From: Nitrosopumilus sp.
GTDB taxonomy: Archaea; Thermoproteota; Nitrososphaeria; Nitrososphaerales; Nitrosopumilaceae
Direction: 5' to 3'
DNA length: 64,000 bases
NCBI GenBank assembly: GCA_965224195.1
Contig: OZ245040.1
Location: 192,001 to 256,000 of the forward strand
Below are positions 10,201 through 19,777 of the stretch, piece after piece; position 1 is the first letter of the stretch; each line of letters starts with the position of its first letter. The notes beneath the pieces are model-generated. The model had not been told where the DNA came from. It ran no database searches and worked only from the letters and a program-made list of their open reading frames with translations. The translations under genes and the position numbers were made by a program.

Positions 10201-10600
10201 AGGTTCAATGCTTGACAAATTTGATATGCAAGTTAGAAATGCCGAATTAATCAATGTTGTAAACCCTGCAGAACTTGTTTCAAATGTAATTTCAACTCAT
10301 TTGGTTCCAGATTTGATGGGAAATCTTAGAGCATATGCAAGACAAAGTTTCAGATGCACAGCATGTGGAAAATCATGTCGTCGTATGCCTTTAATCCAAA
10401 CATGTGTTTGTGGGCATAAGCTAATTGCCACAATTACTAGAGGTTCTGTAGAAAAATATCTCAAACTTGCAAAAAGACTTGTTGAGAAATATGATGTTGG
10501 TGAATATCAAAGAGGAAGAATTCACGCCTTATCTGATGAAATTGAATTGGTATTTGGAAAGAGTCAAGGAGATCAATCCTTACTTTCAGACTATTCGTAA
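7223..10600 (+). CDS. polC: DNA polymerase D large subunit DP2
   Basis: AGPMRSAGGT, GGFRLRYGR, RIGRPEK, catalytic KRRDADGDAD, Zn fingers. Confidence 0.98.
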   Translation: MSENNAISRISDIKMPEHYLDYYTRLSDETYSIFEHAASAKSTLVDSSGIIEPKIAFDLADRVAKIHEIDIADPLREILKINGKELSALILAKEIAQGKYCLPDATLEDKLDLAVRVGLAIITEGVTIAPLQGISEVKIKKNKDGTEYLSVSIAGPMRSAGGTESAVTLLIADHVRKIAGLSKFQANSFDDETGRFVEELRIYEREASSFQFHILDADIEHVISNLPVELAGVDTDPYEVVNHKGMTRIKTDRVRGGALRVLNDGLIGRSKKLLKRIELYNLDGWEWLNDLKGSVQTDDNQEDAAAKRMHEVITGRSVLSMPNKLGGFRLRYGRACNTGFAAVGIHPVIAEILDHTIAVGTQIKIDIPGKGATVAFVDSIDTPTVRLNNGNVVKIRDVKHGLEIKNNIEKILHLGDILISFGDFLENNAQLVPSAYVEEFWIEELKQNIEKYDPNDQVLNQFLNKIPTIDEALKISLDFKIPLHPHYLYFWDKISSEDLLKLLEPKKVNEMSIEYSIQVKKILENLGTPHKVENETLILEHQEAKIFFNLLFREKPTISDLSVPKILSESSGIQIKNKFSTSIGVRIGRPEKAAPRQMKPPTHTLFPISDKGGPTRDLLKASRTEHFFANIINRNCTQCNQPSIGIRCSICGTKTSITYRCSNCRDILNEPFCEKCKRKAPAHSYQVFPLKSRLFLAQEKMGIRAKEPFKGVKELINQDKIAEPLEKGLVRQSFGLTTFKDGTVRCDATNSPITQFKPSWIGTSIEKLKELGYSHDIDGKPLESIDQIIEIRMQDVIIPNEIGNYLVNACKYIDVLLKKFYGKSSFYNVKNNEELIGHLIIGLAPHTSVGIVGRIIGYTETHVCFGTPNWHSAKRRDADGDADSIMLLMDSLLNFSRQFLSDRIGGLMDAPLLIQPHVLPHESQPQAHNLEVTKILPLEFFESTFEQVKASDVSSIEIIKSRLDTERQFYDYHFTHPTSSLTTSKSRSAYSTLGSMLDKFDMQVRNAELINVVNPAELVSNVISTHLVPDLMGNLRAYARQSFRCTACGKSCRRMPLIQTCVCGHKLIATITRGSVEKYLKLAKRLVEKYDVGEYQRGRIHALSDEIELVFGKSQGDQSLLSDYS

Positions 10601-10602
10601 AT

Positions 10603-11925
10603 CTATCTTAATTTGACGTATTCGTAAGCACCCAATTTGTTATCAAAGCAGAATTTAACTTTTTGAAAGTCTTTTCTGAATGCTTTAACTTTTGAAAGTA
10701 TTTTCTGTGGATCTTTTTTGTCAATTACAACTTGTTTTAGATAGGAAGCAATTTCTTGCATTTCATTTTTCTTCATTCCTAATCGTGTAATTTCAGAAAC
10801 TCCTAATCTTATTCCACCAGGATGGAAATAGTTTCTTCCTGCTTTAATATCACCAGGGATTAATTGTCTATTTACAATAATATTTGCTTTTTCTAAATTA
10901 GCTTCTATCTTTCCACCATCAGAATAATCTAAAACGTTAACTACAATCTGATGTGATTCTGTAAAGCCTCTACTTTCACCTAATACTTTGAATCCCATAT
11001 CACTCAAGGCTTCTGCAAATATTTTAGCATTTTTGATTACTTCAACTGCATAATCTTTTCCATACTCTAAAGCTTCTGCAAATGCAACTGCTTTTCCGGC
11101 CATATGATGAATATGATGACTACTAGTAAGACCAGGAAAAGTTGCTTTTTTGATACCTTCTTCGTGTTCTTTTGAGCCTAAGACAAGTCCTCCTTGAGGA
11201 CCAAACAAAGTCTTATGAGTACTCATAGTCATTGTATCTGCTCCTTCGCGTAAAGGATCTTGGAATCTCCCACCAGCAATTAATCCTGCAACATGAGCAG
11301 CATCATAATTGATATGCATATCATAACTCTTTAGAAAATCTGATAATTCTTTGACAGGATGAGGAAACAAGAATAATGAACCACCAAACATTGCCATCTT
11401 TGGAAGACGATTTTGTTTTTTGAGATCTTTAATTTTTTGTTTAGTTTTATCTACATCAATTGTCATTTCTTCAGCATTAAACGGATAAAATTCAATTTCT
11501 AATCCATGAACCAATCCAGCAGTTCCAGAATGTTCCTTCTTACCATGAGAGATATGTCCACCTGCTGGAATTGATGGTGCTAACATAATGTCTCCAGGAT
11601 TTGTAAATGCAGAATAAACTGCTAAATTTGCAACGACTCCTGAAATTGGTCTAACGTCAGCAAATTTTGCTTTGTATAATTTTTTAGCTAACTTCATGCA
11701 TTCAAACTCTACCTCATCAATGTAGGTACAACCAGCATAGACTCTTTCTCCAGGCCATCCTTCTGCGTATCTATTTCCAAAATCAGAAATTATTGCCTCC
11801 CTAACCGCTGGGCTAGGGATATTTTCACTTGCAATTAATGGAATTGAGTTTTCAAACCATTTGTGATGTTCTTTTAATTTTGTAAAAATTTTATCATAAG
11901 ATTCTTTATTCTGGGATTTTGTCAT
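10603..11925 (-). CDS. glyA: Serine hydroxymethyltransferase
   Basis: LIASEN, RYAEG, GGHISH, PLP lysine STHKTLFGPQGG. Confidence 0.97.
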   Translation of the reverse strand: MTKSQNKESYDKIFTKLKEHHKWFENSIPLIASENIPSPAVREAIISDFGNRYAEGWPGERVYAGCTYIDEVEFECMKLAKKLYKAKFADVRPISGVVANLAVYSAFTNPGDIMLAPSIPAGGHISHGKKEHSGTAGLVHGLEIEFYPFNAEEMTIDVDKTKQKIKDLKKQNRLPKMAMFGGSLFLFPHPVKELSDFLKSYDMHINYDAAHVAGLIAGGRFQDPLREGADTMTMSTHKTLFGPQGGLVLGSKEHEEGIKKATFPGLTSSHHIHHMAGKAVAFAEALEYGKDYAVEVIKNAKIFAEALSDMGFKVLGESRGFTESHQIVVNVLDYSDGGKIEANLEKANIIVNRQLIPGDIKAGRNYFHPGGIRLGVSEITRLGMKKNEMQEIASYLKQVVIDKKDPQKILSKVKAFRKDFQKVKFCFDNKLGAYEYVKLR

Positions 11926-12019
11926 ATTTTGCATCTTGATTTTCCCAATTTAAAAACACCGATGTGATTTCAAAATTTTCGATCTTGATCTGGAAGATAT
12001 AAAAGGGGAATCGGGAGTT

Positions 12020-13735
12020 TTGGCATCTATGGGAATGCAGGCAACCTCAAAAGGCAATATGCCAGTTGTTTTGCTAAAAGAAGGCGGTACTGAAACTAAA
12101 GGACGAGAAGCCCAAAAAAATAACATTGCAGCAGCCAAAATTGTTGCCGAAATTGTTCATACCAGTCTTGGTCCAAGAGGCATGGATAAAATGCTAGTTG
12201 ATTCCTTGGGTGACGTTACAATTACAAATGATGGCGCTACCATTCTAAAAGAAATTGATGTTCAACATCCAGCAGCAAAAATGCTAGTTGAAATCTCAAA
12301 AACTACTGATAATGAAGTAGGAGATGGTACAACTTCTGCTGTTATATTAGCAGGTGCTTTACTTTCACAAGCTGAAACATTAATTGATCAAGATGTACAT
12401 CCAACAATTATTGTAGATGGATATAGAAAAGCTGCAAGAAAAGCAAAAGAATACCTTGAAGATATTGCAGACACAATTACAGCTAATGATAAAAATATTC
12501 TAAATAAAATTGCAAAAACTTCAATGCAAACTAAATTAGTTAGAAAAGACTCTGATCAATTAGCAGAGATTATTGTAAAATCAATTCTTGCTGTTGCAGA
12601 AAAAGATGGTGAATCTTTTGAAGTTGACATTGATGATATTAAAGTAGAAAAGAAAACAGGTGGTTCTATCAAAGATTCTATGATTATTCAAGGTATTGTT
12701 CTTGATAAAGAAATTGTTCATGGAGGAATGCCAAGAACAATTACCGATGCTAAAATTGCATTAATCAACACTGCATTAGAAATTAGTAAAACTGAAACTG
12801 ATGCTAAAATTAACATTTCAAATCCTCAACAACTAAAATCATTTTTAGATGAAGAAAATAGAATGCTAAAAACAATGGTTGACAAAGTAATTGGTTCTGG
12901 TGCTAATGTAGTATTATGTCAAAAAGGACTAGATGATATGGCTCAACATTATCTTGCAAAAGCTGGTATAATTGCTGTTAGAAGAATTAAAGAAAGTGAT
13001 CTTACTAAACTTGCAAAAGCAACAGGCGCTAGAATAGTTACTAATCTTGATGATCTCTTTGAAAAAGATCTTGGTATTGCTGAAACTGTAGAAGAAAGAA
13101 AAATTGAAGAAGACAAATGGGTATTTGTTGAAGGATGTAAACATCCAAAATCAGTAACATTACTTCTTCGTGCAGGCTCACAAAGAGTAGTAGATGAGGT
13201 AGAACGTTCTGTTCATGATGCTTTGATGGTTGTAAAAGATGTGATTTTAAAACCTCAAATTGTAGCAGGTGGCGGTGCCCCTGAGACATATGCAGCGACC
13301 AAAATTCGTGGTTGGTCTAAATCTTTAGAAGGTAGAGAGCAACTTGCAGCAGAAAAATTTGCTGATGCATTAGAAGAAATTCCAATGGCACTTGCTGATA
13401 ACGCTGGAATGGATCCAATTGATACTCTTACACTTTTACGTTCTAAACAACAGAAAGGTGAAAAATGGACTGGAATTGATGTAATGAAAGCAAAGATTGG
13501 TAATATGAAATCAAGTGATATTATTGAACCACTTACAGTTAAACTACAAATTGTTTCAGCAGCTGCAGAAGCTGCATGTATGATTCTTAGAATCGATGAT
13601 GTTATAGCTACTCAAAAATCTGCAGGTGGACCTCCTGGTGGAGAAGGCGGAATGCCACCTGGAATGCCACCTGGAATGCCACCTGGAATGCCACCTGGAA
13701 TGGGTGGTATGCCTGATATGGGCGGAATGATGTAA
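12020..13735 (+). CDS. Thermosome (group II chaperonin) subunit
   Basis: [25 protein letters not shown]-rich tail. Confidence 0.98.
   Translation: MASMGMQATSKGNMPVVLLKEGGTETKGREAQKNNIAAAKIVAEIVHTSLGPRGMDKMLVDSLGDVTITNDGATILKEIDVQHPAAKMLVEISKTTDNEVGDGTTSAVILAGALLSQAETLIDQDVHPTIIVDGYRKAARKAKEYLEDIADTITANDKNILNKIAKTSMQTKLVRKDSDQLAEIIVKSILAVAEKDGESFEVDIDDIKVEKKTGGSIKDSMIIQGIVLDKEIVHGGMPRTITDAKIALINTALEISKTETDAKINISNPQQLKSFLDEENRMLKTMVDKVIGSGANVVLCQKGLDDMAQHYLAKAGIIAVRRIKESDLTKLAKATGARIVTNLDDLFEKDLGIAETVEERKIEEDKWVFVEGCKHPKSVTLLLRAGSQRVVDEVERSVHDALMVVKDVILKPQIVAGGGAPETYAATKIRGWSKSLEGREQLAAEKFADALEEIPMALADNAGMDPIDTLTLLRSKQQKGEKWTGIDVMKAKIGNMKSSDIIEPLTVKLQIVSAAAEAACMILRIDDVIATQKSAGGPPGGEGGMPPGMPPGMPPGMPPGMGGMPDMGGMM
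13649..13702 (+). repeat. 12-bp tandem repeat (GGAATGCCACCT x4.5) encoding GMPP in the thermosome tail
   Basis: Directly visible. Confidence 0.95.
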
Positions 13736-13789
13736 ATCATTTTGAAAACTTTTCAAACCTTTAATTGCTAAATCTATTTACGAAAAATA

Positions 13790-14068
13790 TTGAATCAAAC
13801 AACATCCAAAGCGCTTACTGGATTCAAGTACATTTACCTAATTGCCTTTTTTACATTACTGGCAGGATTATTCCATCCACTTATCACTAACACTAGTTTT
13901 GATGGAGTGATTAGTGGAGTATTGATATTATTTATAGGTCTTGCCGGTGGGGTTTTACTATACAGAGCTGCAACATCTGAAAGTAAAAGAGTAATTTTTC
14001 TAGGAAGTGGGTTTACCTTAATGGCTATTTCATTATACTATATTTTTCAATTTACTGGAAGAGCTTAA
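13790..14068 (+). CDS. Small 3-TM membrane protein
   Basis: Three hydrophobic segments. Confidence 0.7.
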   Translation: MNQTTSKALTGFKYIYLIAFFTLLAGLFHPLITNTSFDGVISGVLILFIGLAGGVLLYRAATSESKRVIFLGSGFTLMAISLYYIFQFTGRA

Positions 14069-15537
14069 ACATCAAAATACAGATAAAATTCGTGTGGATG
14101 TGGTCTGATGGCTATCTCCCGTTGATCTCTTCTTTCTAATTCTATAATTTTATCAATTACATCATTTGTGAAAATTGTGTTAAGGTATTTTCTATCACTT
14201 TCTAATTCATCTAATGCTTCTCCAAGACTTTTTGGAAGAACACCAATTCCTCTTTTTGCTCTGTCAGATTTTGTCATCTTGAAGATATCGTCACGAACTT
14301 CAGGTCCCGGATCCATTTTCTTCTTCACTCCATCCATTCCTGCTGCAGTTACAGCTGCAAATACAAGATATGGGTTTGATGAAGGATCAGGTGCTCTAAA
14401 TTCAAGCCTCTTAAGATTAGCATAATTTTTCCCTTTGAGATGTTTTGGAACTCTGACTATTGCAGAACGGTTTCCAGAACTCCATGCAATGTATGCTGGA
14501 GCTTCATATCCTGGAACTAATCTGTGATATGAGTTAGTTGTAGGATTACAAATAGCAGATAATGATTTTGCATGATTAATGATACCGCCACAAAAGTATC
14601 GTCCAAGTTGGCTTAATTCAATTTCATCGTCTGCATCATAAAATGCATTTAGATTATCCTTCCATAAACTAACATTAACATGCATTCCAGAACCAGAATC
14701 CATTGCAATTGGTTTTGGCATCATTGTTGCAACTTTTCCATATTTTTGTGCAACATTTCTAATAACAAATTTGTATGATTGTGCAGCGTCAGCAGCATTT
14801 GTCATGCGATCATACTTGATATCAATTTCACATTGACCTGCTGTTGCTACTTCGTGATGGTGATTATCACATAAAATTCCAAAATTTTTATTGAGAATAT
14901 TTACACATTCATTTCTATATGGTGTAAGAGTATCTGCTGGAGTACTTGGGTAATATCCCTCTTGTAATCCCATAGGATAACCATTACCTGATTGATTCCA
15001 TGGAGCCTCTTTTGATTCAATAGAATATGATTGACCTTTGTAAGGAGTTAGAACATCCCAATGTACTTTATCAAATACAAAGAATTCAACTTCTGGACCC
15101 CATGTACTATAATCAAATCCTTGAGTTTTGATATATTCTTCAGCTTTTTGAGAAATTCCTCTTGGGTCTCTTGATAATCGTCCTCTATCTTCACCCCAAT
15201 AGACATCACATAGTAGTCTAGCAGTTTTATTTTCAGTCATCCATGGAATAATTGCAAATGTATTTGGATCAGGTTTTAAAAGTAAATCTGAATCATTAAT
15301 GCTGGCAAATCCAATAATAGATGAACCATCTAATTTTGGTAATCCATCTCTCATTTGTTCTGGAGTGAAGGTATTTGCTGAAATTGTAGTATGATGAAAA
15401 TGACCTGTAAGACCTGTAAATTGTAAATCTATAAACTGAATTTCTTCATGTTGGATTCTCGAAAAAACTTCGTCAGAGGAATATCCTATTGGAATTGCTT
15501 TACCGTGGCTGACTTTATATGGCAATTTATACTTCAA
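14065..15537 (-). CDS. glnA: Glutamine synthetase type I (copy 1)
   Basis: LDGSS, GPEVEFF, HHEVATAGQCEI, MPKP..SGSGMH, RLVPGYEAP, NRSAIVRVP, RLEFRAPD. Confidence 0.96.
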   Translation of the reverse strand: MKYKLPYKVSHGKAIPIGYSSDEVFSRIQHEEIQFIDLQFTGLTGHFHHTTISANTFTPEQMRDGLPKLDGSSIIGFASINDSDLLLKPDPNTFAIIPWMTENKTARLLCDVYWGEDRGRLSRDPRGISQKAEEYIKTQGFDYSTWGPEVEFFVFDKVHWDVLTPYKGQSYSIESKEAPWNQSGNGYPMGLQEGYYPSTPADTLTPYRNECVNILNKNFGILCDNHHHEVATAGQCEIDIKYDRMTNAADAAQSYKFVIRNVAQKYGKVATMMPKPIAMDSGSGMHVNVSLWKDNLNAFYDADDEIELSQLGRYFCGGIINHAKSLSAICNPTTNSYHRLVPGYEAPAYIAWSSGNRSAIVRVPKHLKGKNYANLKRLEFRAPDPSSNPYLVFAAVTAAGMDGVKKKMDPGPEVRDDIFKMTKSDRAKRGIGVLPKSLGEALDELESDRKYLNTIFTNDVIDKIIELERRDQREIAIRPHPHEFYLYFDV

Positions 15538-15578
15538 TCAAACACAAATACATCAGCCATTTAAGGATTAGGTAAGAC

Positions 15579-16136
15579 ATGTCAGAATCAAATCAAATCG
15601 ATATCAACTCTTTACATCATATAGTTTTACGTGAAATTGAAGATGATTCAATTTCAGAAATTGATCCTAATTTTTACAGAAATTTAGCTGATTTCATTGG
15701 AAATTTACAAAAACAAGAATTTGATGGAGTAGAAAATAAAATTAAAGATACTATGGTAGAGATGGTAACAGAATTAACATCATTATTAATAGAAATTAGA
15801 CTAGATAAAATTTCAAAAAATTCTGATTTAGAAATAAGTTATTTACTAGATGAAGAAAAATTCATTCTTGATTCACAAGAAGATCAGAAAGAAAGAATAG
15901 AAATGATTGTATCGGCAACAATTAATGGAAAATCAAAATTTCTAGAATCATTAGCCCAAAATCATAAAACAAAAAAAATTGTTATTCGATTCTTACATAA
16001 AGTAGATGAAATTGTTGGTGCAGATCTTGAAAAATATGGTCCTTTTAAGACTGAAGATATAGCTACTATTCCATATGAGAATGCTCAGGCTTTAATTGCA
16101 AAAAATGTAGCAACTAAGGTTCATTTGGAAGACTAG
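15579..16136 (+). CDS. GINS complex subunit (Gins51-like)
   Basis: Helical A-domain (IRLDKI) and C-terminal B-domain (IVGADLEKYGPF..EDIATIPYENA). Confidence 0.85.
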   Translation: MSESNQIDINSLHHIVLREIEDDSISEIDPNFYRNLADFIGNLQKQEFDGVENKIKDTMVEMVTELTSLLIEIRLDKISKNSDLEISYLLDEEKFILDSQEDQKERIEMIVSATINGKSKFLESLAQNHKTKKIVIRFLHKVDEIVGADLEKYGPFKTEDIATIPYENAQALIAKNVATKVHLED

Positions 16137-16167
16137 ATAGAAATTATACCTTTAATCATCATAAAAT

Positions 16168-16452
16168 ATGTCTCATACAGGCGTTGAAGTGTTTGATTTT
16201 CTTCTTTACACAATTTATCCTGTAATCGGAATTTTTACAGTGGAAGTTATCAGCAGATTAGTAAAGGCACCAAAATGGATAAAATTATGGACACAAGCAA
16301 TTGTGTCTATTGGCTTTGGGGTTTACTATTGGTTCATTTTACCAGCACCACAAAATTTTCCATTAACTGCAATGGTGATGTTTGCACTTGCTATAGCTTT
16401 GATTTATCAAGGAAGAAGAGCAAAAATTTCTCCTGATAAAAGTCCGTATTAA
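16168..16452 (+). CDS. Small membrane protein
   Basis: Three TM segments. Confidence 0.7.
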   Translation: MSHTGVEVFDFLLYTIYPVIGIFTVEVISRLVKAPKWIKLWTQAIVSIGFGVYYWFILPAPQNFPLTAMVMFALAIALIYQGRRAKISPDKSPY

Positions 16453-16676
16453 TTTCGAAATCTTCTAAAAATTCGTTTTAAAATATTTGGTTTGTTACGT
16501 CCACCATCACGAATAACTTTTCCCTCTCCAAATCTTTTAGCTCTAATTTGACTGAGTTTTACACATCTATGTTCTTCAGGTAGTCTATGTTCTGCACAAA
16601 AAGGATCTTTGCAGTAATTACATTGAAAAGGCATATCAGTTAAATCACCACAATAAGCGCATTTTTCAGATTGCAT
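16449..16676 (-). CDS. AN1-type zinc finger protein
   Basis: CAYC...PFQCNYC..FCAEHRLPEEHRC. Confidence 0.9.
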   Translation of the reverse strand: MQSEKCAYCGDLTDMPFQCNYCKDPFCAEHRLPEEHRCVKLSQIRAKRFGEGKVIRDGGRNKPNILKRIFRRFRN

Positions 16677-16783
16677 ATTTTATAATACTATTTTTCTTTT
16701 AATAAAGGTGCTAGAATTTTCTTGAAACTTCTTAATGTCTAAACATTTTTACGATGTTCAACCATAGTTTGTGTGAAGATTAT

Positions 16784-17524
16784 ATGATTAAAGATAAAGT
16801 TGCAATAATTACTGGAGCCAGCAGTGGAATAGGATTTGCTACTGCTTTGGCCTTATCAAAAGCAGGTGCAAAAGTTGCAGTAGGTGCTAGAAGAGTAGAT
16901 AGATTAGAAGAACTAGCAAAAAAAATCACATCTGATGGTGGAGAAGTATTTTTTCAAAAATTAGATGTAACACAAAGATCTGAATGCGAAAATTTTGCAA
17001 AAGCTGTTTTAGAGAAATGGGGCTCTATTGATATTCTTGTAAATAATGCAGGTTTGATGCCTTTGAGTTTATTCAAAAGCCTCAAAGTTGATGAATGGGA
17101 TAGAATGATTGATGTGAATATCAAAGGTGTTTTGTATTCTACAGGAGCTGTAATTTCACATATGAAAGAAAAGAAATCAGGTCATATAGTTAATCTTTCA
17201 TCAGTAGCAGGAAGAGTAGTTTTTGTCGGTGGTAGTGTTTATTGTGCAACTAAATATGCTGTTGCAGCATTTACTGAAGGATTAAGACAAGAATTCAGTG
17301 TTCGCTCTAACATTAGAGTAACTAGCATTGAACCCGGAGTTGTTGTAACAGAACTTAATGATACTATTACTGATGAATCCTTACAAGGATTTGTTGAAAA
17401 TGCAAAGAAAATGGAAGCTTTACAAGCAGAGGATATTGCAAATGCAATTTTGTATGCAGTTGATTCACCATCACACGTTAATGTAAATGAGATTTTGATA
17501 CGACCTACAACTCAAGCACTTTAA
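16784..17524 (+). CDS. Short-chain dehydrogenase/reductase
   Basis: TGASSGIG, NNAG, YCATK. Confidence 0.95.
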   Translation: MIKDKVAIITGASSGIGFATALALSKAGAKVAVGARRVDRLEELAKKITSDGGEVFFQKLDVTQRSECENFAKAVLEKWGSIDILVNNAGLMPLSLFKSLKVDEWDRMIDVNIKGVLYSTGAVISHMKEKKSGHIVNLSSVAGRVVFVGGSVYCATKYAVAAFTEGLRQEFSVRSNIRVTSIEPGVVVTELNDTITDESLQGFVENAKKMEALQAEDIANAILYAVDSPSHVNVNEILIRPTTQAL

Positions 17525-17525
17525 A

Positions 17526-18674
17526 TTGACAAATATTCCACATGTTGTAATTTTAGGTGGAGGTTTTGGTGGACTTTCAGCTGCAAACGAATTAAGAAAC
17601 ACATTACCATCATCACAAGTAAAAATTACTGTAGTTGATAAAAAAGACTGGTTTATGGTAGGATTTGCAAAGTTATGGATCATAAATGGAACTCGCACTT
17701 TTGAAAATTCAACCGGATCCTTAAATGAATTACAAAAAAAAGAAATTGATTTCATTAAAGATGAAATTATATCAATTAATTTTGAAAATAAAAATGTAAA
17801 AACAAAAACTAAAGAAATTTTATTTGATTTTTTAATTATTTCAATGGGAGCAGTATTAGCTCCTCAAAAAATTCCTGGATTAGAACAAAATGGATTCAAT
17901 CTTTATGATCATAATCAACTTTTAGAAATCCGTGAAAAGCTTGAGAATATTGAATTTGGAAAAATTGCAATTTCTATAATGGGAATGCCTTACAAATGCC
18001 CTCCAGCACCATTTGAGGCTAGTTTATTGATAGATTCTATGCTTCGAAAACGAGGAATTCGTGATTCTGTACAAATTGATTTTTACAGTCCTGCTCCTAT
18101 TACTTTGCCAGCTGCTGGACCTGAAGTTAGTAAACAAATTCTTGAACTGGTAAATTCTGTACAAATTGTTTTTCATAATTCGTGTAAAATAAAATCTGTT
18201 GAATCTAAAAAATTAATTTTTGAAGATAGTGAAGCTGATTTTGATATACTTTTAGCTATTCCACCACATATTGCTCCTAAAGTAATTTATGATTCTGGAT
18301 TAGCTAAAGAACCTGGATTTATTCCAATAGATAGAGATTGTAAAACACCAATTGAAAATGTCTTTGCAGTAGGTGATGTAACTAGTTTAACAGTTGTAGA
18401 AAAAATGGCAGTTCCAAAAGCTGGAATTTTTGCAGAAGGAGAAGGTATTACAGTAGCACAAAATATTATTGCAAAAATTCAATTTAAAGAAGAATCTGCA
18501 TTGTTTGACGGAAAAGGTGGCTGTTTTATTGAGTCTGGCAGAGATACTGCATCTATAATTGAAGTTGATATGTTTTCACACTCAAAACCATCAACAAATC
18601 TCACAGAATCAACAACTGACAATCTTTCTAAAAAAATAGAATTTGAAAAAGAAAGACTATCAAAATGGTTTTAG
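17526..18674 (+). CDS. FAD-dependent oxidoreductase, sulfide:quinone oxidoreductase-like
   Basis: GGGFGG, KCPPAPFE, FAVGD, PKAG, second Cys in KGGCFIE. Confidence 0.75.
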   Translation: MTNIPHVVILGGGFGGLSAANELRNTLPSSQVKITVVDKKDWFMVGFAKLWIINGTRTFENSTGSLNELQKKEIDFIKDEIISINFENKNVKTKTKEILFDFLIISMGAVLAPQKIPGLEQNGFNLYDHNQLLEIREKLENIEFGKIAISIMGMPYKCPPAPFEASLLIDSMLRKRGIRDSVQIDFYSPAPITLPAAGPEVSKQILELVNSVQIVFHNSCKIKSVESKKLIFEDSEADFDILLAIPPHIAPKVIYDSGLAKEPGFIPIDRDCKTPIENVFAVGDVTSLTVVEKMAVPKAGIFAEGEGITVAQNIIAKIQFKEESALFDGKGGCFIESGRDTASIIEVDMFSHSKPSTNLTESTTDNLSKKIEFEKERLSKWF

Positions 18675-18675
18675 T

Positions 18676-18885
18676 TTATTCATCTGAATCTTTACTTTTT
18701 GAAAGATGTTCTAAAATTGCTTTAACTCCCACATCTATTTCTTGAATATTTTTTGAAAGATTGAGTTTTTCTGGAATATTATTTTTAAAATCTTCAGCTT
18801 CTGATTCTATACTTCTTTTTTGAACACAATCTAGATGATCTTGATCTGTAGCAGAAATCTTATGGCAAATATTGCAAAGTTTCAT
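18676..18885 (-). CDS. Small putative Zn-binding protein
   Basis: CNIC...HLDC. Confidence 0.6.
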   Translation of the reverse strand: MKLCNICHKISATDQDHLDCVQKRSIESEAEDFKNNIPEKLNLSKNIQEIDVGVKAILEHLSKSKDSDE

Positions 18886-18941
18886 TAATTTTGTTTATCA
18901 ATAGGACGATTTAATAATTTCATTTTGTGCCTCTGAAGCGA

Positions 18942-19015
18942 GGGATCGTAGTCTAGCTTGGTATGATACTAGTCTGGGGGACTAGTGGTCGCAGGTTCAA
19001 ATCCTGCCGATCCCA
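18942..19015 (+). tRNA. tRNA-Pro(GGG)
   Basis: Acceptor GGGATCG/CGATCCC, anticodon arm CTAGT-CTGGGGG-ACTAG, GGTTCAAATCC T arm. Confidence 0.95.
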
Positions 19016-19777
19016 TTATAATTTTAGAATTTTAAGTAACTTTTCAAAATTCTCTCTTGATTTTTCTTGTTTGTATGATTTTAGTGTCTCAATAATTTTT
19101 TCTTTGGATGAATTTTTGTAAATTTTTTGAGCTGTTTTGGAAATTCCGGATCCAATGAAAAAGGCTTGAGTAATTGATGTAACATTAGAGGGTCTTCTCT
19201 TCGTACTTGAACTTTCAAAATCAATTAACGAAGATTTTGTTTTCCCTACAATAACATGTTTTGAAATATTACTTAATTCACCATGATCAAATCCTATTTG
19301 GTCTAATCTATAACAATCTTCTAATACACTTTTTATTGTTGATTTTAATTTTTTTGCACTTCCAACTCCTTTCAACATCTCAATCCAATTACTAAATTTT
19401 TCTCCTTCAAGATATTCCATAACTAAGAAATTTTTACTAACATCAATCTTTTTTGGACCAACTTTAACTGAATTAACTAATTTTAACAACACTGCTTCAT
19501 TTTTCATATTTTTTCTTGGAGAATCAGTTCTTCTAATTTTTAAGGCGACTTCTTTGTTACCTTTCTTTGCAATTACTACAACACCAACGTACCCTTTTCC
19601 TAAAATTGCCAAATTTTCAAGTGTAGTAGGACCGGTTAAAGAAATTGATTTAATTTTTAATTTTTCTAATTCATTTATTCTTGATTTAATTTGACGACTA
19701 GTTGCATTTGGATATCCTATAATGTTTGAATATGGTTTTTTTAAAAATTTTTTAATTAAAATGAAGGAGTGTGCCAT
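19016..19777 (-). CDS. Archaeal RIO-like Ser/Thr protein kinase
   Basis: LGKGYVGVV, VALK, VMEY, DHGEL, IDFES. Confidence 0.85.
   Translation of the reverse strand: MAHSFILIKKFLKKPYSNIIGYPNATSRQIKSRINELEKLKIKSISLTGPTTLENLAILGKGYVGVVVIAKKGNKEVALKIRRTDSPRKNMKNEAVLLKLVNSVKVGPKKIDVSKNFLVMEYLEGEKFSNWIEMLKGVGSAKKLKSTIKSVLEDCYRLDQIGFDHGELSNISKHVIVGKTKSSLIDFESSSTKRRPSNVTSITQAFFIGSGISKTAQKIYKNSSKEKIIETLKSYKQEKSRENFEKLLKILKL

Noticed and set aside
7223-10600. Intein in DP2
   Set aside because: Length of 1125 aa is normal and the catalytic region is uninterrupted
13556-13756. Antisense ORF with HSRW repeats
   Set aside because: Shadow of the thermosome GMPP repeat
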